A stretch of DNA of 63,836 nucleotides, the filler included, from Dimorphilus gyrociliatus (Eukaryota > Animalia > Annelida): assembly GCA_904063045.1 (NCBI GenBank). It is 4 parts of 4 records of this genome, joined end to end, with 100 filler letters (N's around TTAATTAATTAA, not from the genome) between each part and the next. Parts side by side here need not be neighbours in the genome. Positions count along the whole stretch, not along the records: positions 43,325 to 54,839 come from CAJFCJ010000234.1; positions 54,940 to 63,836 come from CAJFCJ010000294.1; 2 more parts are not named here. One strand, 5' to 3'. This document shows positions 51,683 to 62,328 of this stretch, in pieces. The notes under the pieces were generated by a model that was not told the origin of the DNA, searched no databases, and saw only the letters and a list, made by a program, of their open reading frames with translations. The position numbers and the translations under genes are program-made. The stretch's first letter is position 1. Each line of letters opens with the position of its first letter.

Positions 51683-52434
51683 GTTTTGAGCTAGAGGTCA
51701 AAACGTAGAAAAAACATCATTTTTTCCTATTTTACACCTCAAACATATAGTTTGCTTCAAAATTTCGAAATTTTGAATCCAATTTATTACTGTACACCTT
51801 CAAATTGTTCAATTTAAAAAAAAAAAATTCAAAAAAACAGAAAAAAATTTTTAATCGTTAATTTTCTTTCTCCAAAATCTCAGCCTACAGATGCCAGCAG
51901 ATGAAAAGACTTTAGTAAATTATTAGTTAGGCATATATATACAAGTTGGCATACTCAACTAAAAAAGAACCCCCCTGTAAACCCAAACCAAACCCTAACC
52001 CTAAAGGAGGAATACCTCCAAAATATTGTGAGGATTTTTTAATTGGTGAATTGTTACAGTTGCTAAATACAGGTTCTCTTCACCCTTGTGGAGAATTTGT
52101 AAGTGATTTTGTTGGAGATACAGTTACAGCTTAGGCTGGGGAATTGCTACTTAAGATAGCAACTCCTCATTAGCCACACCAACCCTTAGCCAAATCTTGG
52201 TTACAAGTGTGTTAGCACTTTTGGGATTACCAGTCTGTACTGATTGTGCTAATCCCTAACCCCAAGACCTAACCCAAGAGCTCAGGAGAGCTCTAAGAGC
52301 TCAAGTGAGCTTCAACAGTTCTTACAACTCAGTATTCAACACCTCTGACAGTACTGAACTATACCACTATATATACTGGTGCAGAACCTCAGTCATCCTC
52401 TTCACTTGACAGTGTTAACAAGTACTTCCTAAAG

Positions 52435-53604
52435 ATGCCAGCTTCTAGATGCATGACAAATAAGTGCAAACTTTGCCCAGCCCTAATACAGGGAGGGTCC
52501 TGGAGCTCCAGAGATGGCCGTATTACTAAAAAGATTGAGGGAAACCTCAATTGTAATTCAGACCACATGTTTTTCCTTGCTGATTGTAAAAAGTGTAATT
52601 GGGCTATGGCTAGTTTCACCATATCTCCACTACATAGAATGTATGGATTTTCATTGAAAAAATCAAAAACAAGCAAAGACCATGTTGGAGCTCTGGCTCT
52701 TCATATGAGGACCTGCAACCCTACCAACATAAGAATCCTTCCTATCATGGTCCAACCAGAGACAGAACACTTCCATGTCAAGAAAGTGAGTACATTGTTG
52801 CAATTACTATATAATGCTGACTGGGTAGAAATAGCTAAGTTTAAGAAAAGTAACCCAGACATTAGAGGGACAAACCCAAATGAGTTTCCATGCAATATTA
52901 GACCTACAATAATTAGTATCCAAGGGGTAACTCTTGAGCTCTCAGAAAATTTTAATATCCCTCTACCTAAGGAGTTAGCTCATTAGCAGTATGAGAACTC
53001 AGTTCTCTGTAGTAATAAGCACTCTTATGTGGGTCTGAGTAGACCCACCTTAAATAACCTAAGAAAAGATAACATAGATCTTAGGAACAAAGTGATTGAG
53101 TTGGAAAACACAATCAAAGCAAGCTCCAGTAAGCTGGAGGAAGCTAATAGTAAATTAGAGGAAGCTAATAAGAAAAACAAGAAGCTCCTACAGGAACTAG
53201 AGAAAAAGAACTCAACTGAACAAAGAACTTCTAATAGTTATGAATGGGACTGGTCAAAAGCTCTTCCTATTAATGGAAGAGGCTTTATCAAATTCTTCTC
53301 ACTACCAGAACAGGATACTGTGGAAAAATTTAAAGTAGAGCCAGTAATCATTAATCTTGAGGATCTAGGTTCCAACTCAACACCAGGAGCTCAACAAACT
53401 CCAGACAAAGAAATGGTCCCTACCAAGGAACAGACTGAGGAGGAAGAAGATGATGACAACTATGATGATATGGAAGATGGTGAGTATCAATATGAAAGCA
53501 CTCCAAAAGAAAATAGCAATATTGGAATAGAACAAAGACTCCTGATCAAGAGATCAGGTGATGACTTTGAAGTAATACCTTCCAAGAAACCAAGAAAAAT
53601 GTAG
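52435..53604 (+). pseudogene. Penelope-type Zn/GIY-YIG-derived domain plus coiled coil and acidic tail; one frame interrupted by a single TAG at 52984
   Basis: RC..NKCKLCP...LNCNSD.MFFLADCKKC...SFT..PLHR...ALALHMRTC...ILPI matches the cysteine spacing of the PLE linker/GIY-YIG. ORFs 52435-52986 and 53029-53604 share a frame. Confidence 0.6.
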
Positions 53605-53655
53605 ATAGGTGGCGCTATGAAAGATTGTATTGCATTTAATTGAAAAAAAACAAGA

Positions 53656-54839
53656 CTACAGTTGTAAATTTTTCAGCTGTTTGCTGATAAACTCTCCATA
53701 GTTTTTAATATCAGAATAAACATTTGCACTATTTAATAGGAAAGTCAAGTTTTCAGTTTCAATGTCAATTCCAATGCTGAGCATTTTACTGTCTGATATA
53801 TTTTCCTGCTGTGAAGAAAATATTTTTGCGAAATATATCAAAGTAGAAGCTATATTCTTACATATTTAAATGTTTGGATATGAAAATTTCCAAATGAAAT
53901 AAAACACTGATGCAAATTGGACAATAGCTTAATTGTTTTTATACATATTTGAAAAATATCATTTAAAGTCTTTTTTTCAATTGGAAAGATTTGATTGGAC
54001 TTGTAAAATTCTCTCTGACTTCCATCAAAGAACCAACCATTCTTAAATGACCCGTTCAAGAAGTTAGAAGCTGTAAAAAGACGAGAATTTTTTCTTGTAC
54101 CTTTTTCAATTGAAAGTGGAATATTTTTACCTTTAAGTAAAAGATCCAATTGCAGAGAGGCTGTCTGCCTTTTACTGAGAAGAGAAAAAAGGGAAAATGA
54201 GAAGAGTTTTAAAAATTGTAAAAGAATTTTTAATATATTTACAATTTAAGCCAAGCTTTTCTTTCTCTAATGATTTTAACTGTAAAAGTTGATTGAACAA
54301 ATGGATTTATTATTGCATTTATTGGTAAGAAAATGATAAAAATAGCCATATAATTATCATAATTGATAGGTGTCTTATTCATCGAAGCCAATATACCTGT
54401 TTTTAAATTTATTGAATCAAGTAACTCAATGTTGAATTATACTTCTAAAATAATAGGCTATTACTAAATATTGAAATTGGTATCCAAGAAATGAAATTTG
54501 ATGATAAGATAATCAATGTCTTCAATATCATACGCATAAATCTTTTCTTTCTGACTTGGCCAGAGACGATTTCACTCATTTTCTGTATTTCTTGAAAAAT
54601 TTTACAATATAAAAGAAGAATTATAAAACAGATTGCAATTGGTATGATTGAAAACATAATCAATGAATAATACCATCCTTCACTTCTATCAGCTGTCAAG
54701 TGCAATGAAAAACACAGTGAATATTTCGAATAGAAATCCTATAGTTGTTTGTTTGGTTGTTTGTTTATTTTAATCAAATTTTTAATAGGCCTATATAAAA
54801 TAAAAAAATACCTTGTAGAAAATTATTGGTAGAATGGAC
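53656..54839 (-). CDS. GRL101-like receptor copy (TM4-TM7) spliced to a degenerate kinase-like C-terminal domain; 5' part lost at the gap
   Basis: EGWYYS, SNFISWIPI, PINAIINPF; a 68 bp intron (54242-54175) joins the tail in frame to ORF 54149-53850; a further exon encodes VYSDIKNYG. Confidence 0.75.
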
Positions 54840-54939
54840 NNNNNNNNNNNNNNNNNNNNNNNNNNNNNNNNNNNNNNNNNNNNTTAATTAATTAANNNNN
54901 NNNNNNNNNNNNNNNNNNNNNNNNNNNNNNNNNNNNNNN
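54840..54939. other. Artificial contig-joining linker
   Basis: N44-TTAATTAATTAA-N44. Confidence 0.97.
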
Positions 54940-57707
54940 TTTTAGAGGTCTTTTTTTTTGAAAGCTTGCTTATATAGGGGAATCGTTATCTTTGTACATA
55001 TAAAATTTATTTACAAGACCTATTTTCATGTTGAGTTATATAAGAAGAAGATAGTATGCTACGATCAAATGTGGAGACTATTTTTTTATCTATAAGAAAC
55101 AAAAAAAGTGCAAGGCTTTACAGACTGTCGTCCAAATTTATGGTCTTTTTATAGAATAGAATATCAATTTTAGATTACATTGAAACTCATACTATTAGCT
55201 TTATATTGCTGCTGAAAAGGTTAAACTTTTGTTTCTTATAAATAAAGTTTATTACAAAAGCTTTCTGGAATCTCTTTTCACCTCTTAATAGCATTTTATC
55301 TATCTTAAATACAATACATACTGGTTATAGGAGAGCATAGAAATGATATAAAGACTTTAATATCCTTTCCTTAAGTGATTCTACACAGACGGATATAAAA
55401 TGTTTGTATAACATACTAATTCAACTTTTTTCGCCATTTTTAGTGTTAGTGTCCCCTGTTTTCATTATTAGGATTTTAAATAGGCTGTAATACTAATTAA
55501 TATCTCTACTAAGTGTTTTAAATTGTTGTTATATTTCTCAATGATTATAGACAGTCGATAAAGCTTGTCTAGTTTTATTTCTAATCTTTATAGAACAATA
55601 GCGCCTTATTTCTTCGTTCATTTTTGAGCTATAGGGGAATGTATTAGAAAGTGGTTTATACCTTTTTGAAGGTAATTTGTTGAGTTACAATCTTTTTTAC
55701 AGTTTTAAAACTGTTATTTAAATTCATTATATGTAAGATAACCATAAATTACATTAAAACTGTATATATTACTAATCGTATTAAATATAGTTTTTACTCA
55801 AATATAAAATTTTAGCTTTCATTAGTTTTTAAGCGAATTTTTCTTATTCAATTTTTATCATCAAAAATCGGTCATTAGTTTTTCTATTTTGAGCAATAAT
55901 TTCCATTTTTAAAAATAACGATTAATTATGAAAATTATTGAAATTATTACGACCTTAATTCTTATTTTCTCTAAGCTATTAATTTATTTACCATCTAAAG
56001 TGTTATCGTATTTAAATTATTTATTTATTTACCATCTGAAATATTATTTTATCACCTAAAGTATTATCGTATTTAAATTATTAATTAATTTATTAACAAT
56101 ACTTGGTAAAAGGTAATATAAATAAGTAATACTATGATATATTAAAACTGAATGACTTTAAAAAGCGTGTATTTTATAAGAAATAATAATATATATATAA
56201 TATTACGATTTGATATTAAAAAAATACTTTTTTTTACTAAAATTTATTTTTCATCACAATTTGAAATAATTAGTAATATTTTTATTACTTAAAAAAAAAG
56301 CTATAAAACCTATTAACTGGTTTCCAAATATACATTTCTATTACTAAAAAATAATTTACTATATTTAGTATTCTTTTTAATAGTAAATTATTTATTTATA
56401 ATTACTTTTATTCTATTTTTCAGCACTTTTTATTTCAATTATAAAGATAAAATAATATCATAAATAATTAAAGCACAAGATCTATTTTTTAGTATAAAAG
56501 TATATAAAATGGCTTTTAAAATACTAAATGCTATATTTAATATAAAATTATTTTTACAAAAGAACGTAATTTAATTGGTTTTATAAATTTTTGACTTTTA
56601 TATTTCCTTTTTTTTGGTGGCCAATATTTCAGTACTTGAAAAGTAAAACTTCCATTTAAATAAAACGCTTTATTAGTCTATAACCTCCTTTTTAGTATCA
56701 CATTAACTCATTAATTATAAATAAACACTAAAAATAGCCCCCAGATGAATAAAAATACGTGTCTTACTTCACTATTGACTTCATTTTCTTCATTAAATAT
56801 ATCAATAACTGCTTATTTAATAAAACCTATACGTATTTCTTATCTATCTGGATTATATGGTCTTTTTCTTGATATATTCATATACAATTTTTTCTCTGGA
56901 TAGTTGTTTCAATTAACACGTCTGAGAGGGTACCTAGAGTGAGAATTATAGCATATTCTGTATTATTTATTTCACATACTTTAATGTCTATTTATGATGT
57001 AATAAACCCAGATGGTATAAAATCAAGCTCTTTACTCTTTATAAGAAGGACGCATCTCGACCGAGAAATGGTAAACCCAGTATCCTTTCACAATGCAATT
57101 TATAAAGTATTATTCCTCAAAAAAAACTGTTTTTATGGTTATTGCTTTCATTTTTGATTTAGTTACTTTATCTTTTGGTGAGAAGAAAGTCACAATTCAA
57201 TAATTAAAGTACATTATTATAATATAATATATAAATTGATACAAATTTTAAAACATTCGGTAGAAAGTACTTTAGAGGGATGCCATATTTCCTTTAAACT
57301 TCCCCCTTACTAATATTTCTGTAATAAAATTGTCCGATATTTCGTTCGTCAAAGCAGATTTTTATCTTAAATGCTGGATTTTAGATTTATTAAAAAAAAA
57401 GTCGTATATAGAAGTTCTAAAATAGGCGGTTTTAATACCATATGATAATATAAATGGTTTTTATTTGACTATGTAAAATGAATGAATACAATGATATGAA
57501 AGTATATATACGTAATATATCTAATTTTGGCGATATTAAATCATCTCTAAAAACAATAATTCTTATAATATATTAATGTTGTATTTAAAACCCTCCAACC
57601 CAGATTTATAATAAGTTTGACATAACGAAAATATTATATTATAATGTTCCGAAGATTATTGGTAGACTCTATTATGACTTTTCGTAAAATAGAATAGAAA
57701 AGATAGA

Positions 57708-58060
57708 ATGATTGAAATCGATGAAGGTTTCATCAGTAAAAGAAAAAATAATAAAAGAAGTTCAATAGAACTGACTTGCGCGGAGTGTTTTTTTGAGCAC
57801 TTCACAAAAAGGAATGAAGAAACACTATCTAAATAACCTTACCGTTAAGGCTATTCAATCATTATAAATGACGAGAAGAAAGGTTATAATGGATTAATTA
57901 TTTTAATATGCTTATTTTACAATTAAACACAAAGATGTAGTTGTAGACCCTAAAAACAGAGGATAAATACTCAAAATATAGTAAATCAACAACGAAAGAG
58001 CTCAATTATTAGGCACAAACAAGGTGTTTCAATATAAAACCAACCATAAAATCTTATATT
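57708..58060 (+). mobile_element. Merlin/IS1595 (ISXO2-like) transposase remnant
   Basis: MIEIDEGFISKRKNNKR (cf. VEIDES.F.KRKY.RG), TKRNEETL, IINDEKKGYNGL (cf. I.TD.W.GY..L), VDP. Frameshifted. Confidence 0.7.
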
Positions 58061-60225
58061 AAAGATTATTCATTTATAAAACCCAAAATTACTAAGCATT
58101 CTTCTACAAATAAAATATTTTTAGTTATTTTTAAGAATTGAGTGTAGCTCTATTTCGGACATCCTTCTTCCAAGTATTTTTATAAATTAATATAAATATA
58201 GTAAAAAATACTTTGCGGTTATTCTGTGATTTAAAAAAATATGTAATAAAAGATTCTTTTTATGTTTGGACAAAAACTCAGAACTTCAAATTAATAAGTC
58301 TATATAATGTTTATTGCCTTGTTTTATCAATTTTTTATTCTGGTTTCAGTTCTTTCGGATCAGCTAGTGCATCTTCTTCTATTTCATTGAAACGCATAGT
58401 TTTTTACACGCTTCCTCCATATTTTGTAATCATATTTATTAGAAATCATTGATTTATCTAATTGTAATTGACCATATTGAAAGACTAAGGCCAAGTTATT
58501 TATAATGCTTTTTCTTGAATTATTTTATTACTTCTACATAGAGATAATAAAATGAAATTTTAAATTATATAATACAAATACACTTTTAACATGTAAAAAA
58601 TTACTGATCTTGTAGCACGAAAAAATACTTAAAATAGCGTATCTTAATTATTTACCTTTTTTATGTATAAAAAATAACAAAGAGCTTTAATTGCTGACTA
58701 GCATATTTACTTTTTGTATATCGTTGCCATTTATCTTTAATACTAAAAAGTTTGGTATCTCTAAAAAATATTTTTACTTATCAGAAACTATACCCGTAAT
58801 TTTCTTTTTCAATATAAGATTACGTTTAAATATTAAATAGATAGACTTATTTAATGGCTGTAAAAAGTGCTTTGCTGAGAATAGTTTTGTTGTGTTACTT
58901 CGAGCTCTTTTAAAAAATTAACATAAACTTTATTAATTATTTGTATTTTTGTACTGAATTTTTCAATCAGGTTGCTTATAAACAACCTTTAATTTTAATA
59001 ATTCTATTTTTAATAAATTTTATACTAATATTATAATAATTTTTAAAGAGGAAATATATTTTTCCTGTATTCTTTACTCTTGTCTAACGAATGTTTATAA
59101 ACCTTTTTACACTTACTGAATTTCAAATCTAACTTTAATTTTGTTTGAATATTAATATTCCGATAGGAATTAGATTTTTCTAATTATTATAGTCCAAAAT
59201 ATAACGATAATTAAACACTTAAACTTTTTTTAATGAGATCGCTAAAATTTCTATTAAAAAACTAACCTAACCTAAAAAATTATAGAAAAGCTAAAAAAAT
59301 CGAAAGAGCTGTGATAAATATAGAAATAAAAGTAACTCTTTAATATGTCGTAAAAAGATCCAAAATTGATAGAAATTAACCTTTCTTTATTTTCAATCGT
59401 TTCTTTAAAGATTTATTTATTAACATTTTTTTTGTAAGAGAAATTTTGTATTGAGTTTATTTCGTAAGAAATAGTTCGATCATTTTATATTCCATTGTAT
59501 TATTTATAGATAATAAATCATATGATAAATTTTACCTCATATACTATTTATCAATCTATGATTCTACCATACCATAAAGAAACAATTTAGTAAAAAAAGA
59601 TAAAATGGTTTAATTTATAGATCAGATTAGTTATTAAATTGGTATAAGAATGTCTATTATCAAGTTCAATTGTATAAGAGAAAGTATTTTTTAAATCGTT
59701 ATCATAAAATTTTTAAAACAGCTAGGTAAAGCGATAGATTGGATAGAAGATACAATAGATATATTTTAATAACTATAAGTTCTACTTTTTATCAACAAAA
59801 CTAGAGAAATATAAAAATAATAAGCAATAGATTACTAAAAATTCAATAAAAGTTACAAATACTTCTAAAATTTCTCAAATGAGAAAATTTATTTTTTATT
59901 TTTGATCCAACTTTCATAAAAATTCTATGTTTTACTAAATTTTGATATGAAATTAAATTTCTATTTTTACTTTTTATTGCTTTAAAACTACAAAATAAAC
60001 ATCTTTTGTAAAAGAGGCCAATAAAACAAATTTATTAAAAAGGAGTATTAAAAACTACAAATAATTTTGGTTTTTTAAGTTCTATTTAAAGTAAATTAAA
60101 ATCAGATATTTTTTAAACTGTCTTGTAAAATTTTAAATCGACTAGTTAGAAATATACTTATTAAATAAAAAATACCAAAAACAGTAAATTAAAAATCTAA
60201 AGAAAACTCGCTGTTAATAATCCCT

Positions 60226-62328
60226 ATGATCTATTCTAGAAGTGTTACATTTATATTATCATATATATTGTTTATTATAACAAGTGGTGAAGAGAACAAA
60301 TTAGAAGTAAATCAAAATAAAATTAGATCAAATCTTTATAGAATTTTTTCTTTACCTAACATTAATAGTTTAAGATTATCTTCATGTAGACTACTTCATA
60401 ATGAGTGTTTAAGTTATTTAGAAAAGGCTGAAGGCTTAAAAAAACTGGATTTGTCTTATAATTGGCGTTTAGATGCCGAAGTTTCTAAATACTTGTTTAA
60501 TTTAGAAAACTTAGAAGAGTTAAACTTATCGAGGTGTTATTTTAATAGAAATTTAGAAGGTAAAGTATATATTTTGAGCTCTTATTATGAGTTGCCTAAA
60601 AGAAATGAAAATACTTTAAATAATGCCGTATTACACTTTTTAAATGAAGATCGTAGCTTAGAATCAATAAAAAGGCTTAGAATGCAAGAAAGTATTATCA
60701 AATATCCCATTAAATCAAAAAAACTAAGAAAACTCGATTTAAGTTGGAATAAATGTTTATCAAGAGATGATTTAAGTAAAATAGCAGAGCTAACTGAACT
60801 GATAGAACTTAACTTATCATTCGTTCGTTTAGAATTGGGCTCTATAGCACAAATTCGTACATTAGAAAATCTTGAAGTTCTCCTATTGGCTGGTACTGGA
60901 TACTTTTTTGACAAAGATATTCTAGCTTTATCAGAGCTGAAAAAACTTAGAAAGCTTGACTTATCATATAGATATGGTAATGAAAACCTAAAGGTTCTTC
61001 ATAAACTGTCTAATTTGAAGCACTTAAATCTTGAAGGTTGTGAAAATTTAAACTTTAAAGAGTTATCAGAGATTAGCGGTCTAGAGTATTTAAACTTGTC
61101 TAAATGTGCAGTTGAAAGAAACAGAATAAGTCAAATTACGGGGATAAGAAACCTAAAAAGTTTAAAATTAAAAAATTGCGATTTAAGTATCAACGATTTT
61201 CTAGCAATATCTCAATTTAAGCAGTTAGAGGGATTAGAGTTATTAGAAAATAGCTGTGAAGAAAATTCGGTCAGTAAATTAGATACCTTAACTAATCTGA
61301 AAGTGTTAATATTTCAAAGTTATAGAAACTTTAATGAAAGTGATTTTGAAGCGATATCAAAACTGGAAAATTTAGAAGAACTTATATTTTCTAACTGTTA
61401 TTTAACAACTAACTTAGTTTATAAACTAAATACACTAAAAAGGTTGAAAAAGTTGTTATTGGGAGCACCATTTGGTTTAAGTATTTATGATTATAGCACA
61501 GTTACAAACATAACCTCTTTAGAAGCAATTGAATTTCAGACCGGATATAAAGAATTCAACAACGTCACTGAAAAATTAAGTAATCTAGTAAACCTGAAAT
61601 GTCTAGTAATGAATGTTTTTCTATCTGGAAAGATAAGTAAAATCACTTTTGAAACAATATCAAATTTAGTAAATTTGGAGAAATTAACAATACGATGTCA
61701 TATTTTAGAAGAAGGTTTATTAAGTAAAATAGGAAATTTAATTAATTTGAGAAAATTACATTTAAATTGTAGAATATCTTTAAACGAACAAGACGTATTA
61801 GCAATTGTAAAGCTAAAATCGTTAGAAGATGTTTATTTTAAGTCTTTTTATTTACCTAAAGAAATACCAAATAAGTTTAACGAGATGAAGGGAATAAAGA
61901 AGTTAAGTTTTAGATATAATGTAAGTTTAAATGAAGAAGACTTTAAAGTAATCTCAAAAATGAAAAGTTTAGAAAAATTGAATCTTGCATATTGTCATTT
62001 AGACCCCGGCCTTATTAGTATAATTGGAATTCTTAGAAAGTTAAAGATCCTTATATTAGATCACAATGAATTGAATAGCGATGACTTCGATATGATTTCT
62101 AAACAACCATCATTAGAATTTTTACGTATATCGTATGATAAAACAATGGAAAGTTTATTTAATAGGTTTTATACTTTAAATAATTTAAAATTATTAGAGC
62201 TTTATAACTTAGAAAGAGATGAAGTTGAGGACTGGGAAATTACTAAGAATTTAACTGATAAAGGTGTTCTAATATTGATTTTAGATGGAGAAGAATACAT
62301 AGCTGATGAGTATAAATTCTTTAATTAG
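60226..62328 (+). CDS. Intronless 700 aa leucine-rich-repeat protein with N-terminal signal peptide
   Basis: Hydrophobic N-terminus, then continuous ~24-25 aa LxxLxxLxxLxLxxC-type repeats; no TM, TIR or F-box seen; CCC motif at 60222-60224 just before the ATG. Confidence 0.92.
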   Translation: MIYSRSVTFILSYILFIITSGEENKLEVNQNKIRSNLYRIFSLPNINSLRLSSCRLLHNECLSYLEKAEGLKKLDLSYNWRLDAEVSKYLFNLENLEELNLSRCYFNRNLEGKVYILSSYYELPKRNENTLNNAVLHFLNEDRSLESIKRLRMQESIIKYPIKSKKLRKLDLSWNKCLSRDDLSKIAELTELIELNLSFVRLELGSIAQIRTLENLEVLLLAGTGYFFDKDILALSELKKLRKLDLSYRYGNENLKVLHKLSNLKHLNLEGCENLNFKELSEISGLEYLNLSKCAVERNRISQITGIRNLKSLKLKNCDLSINDFLAISQFKQLEGLELLENSCEENSVSKLDTLTNLKVLIFQSYRNFNESDFEAISKLENLEELIFSNCYLTTNLVYKLNTLKRLKKLLLGAPFGLSIYDYSTVTNITSLEAIEFQTGYKEFNNVTEKLSNLVNLKCLVMNVFLSGKISKITFETISNLVNLEKLTIRCHILEEGLLSKIGNLINLRKLHLNCRISLNEQDVLAIVKLKSLEDVYFKSFYLPKEIPNKFNEMKGIKKLSFRYNVSLNEEDFKVISKMKSLEKLNLAYCHLDPGLISIIGILRKLKILILDHNELNSDDFDMISKQPSLEFLRISYDKTMESLFNRFYTLNNLKLLELYNLERDEVEDWEITKNLTDKGVLILILDGEEYIADEYKFFN

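Noticed and set aside
59262-59276. CTAACCTAACCTAA as TTAGG telomeric sequence
   Set aside because: Only two to three units, internal, and expected by chance in AT-rich DNA.
60585-60914. Antisense or overlapping ORFs (also 39905-40207, 48217-48594, 52389-52676, 29201-29383)
   Set aside because: Shadow frames opposite real coding sequence, with no independent motifs.
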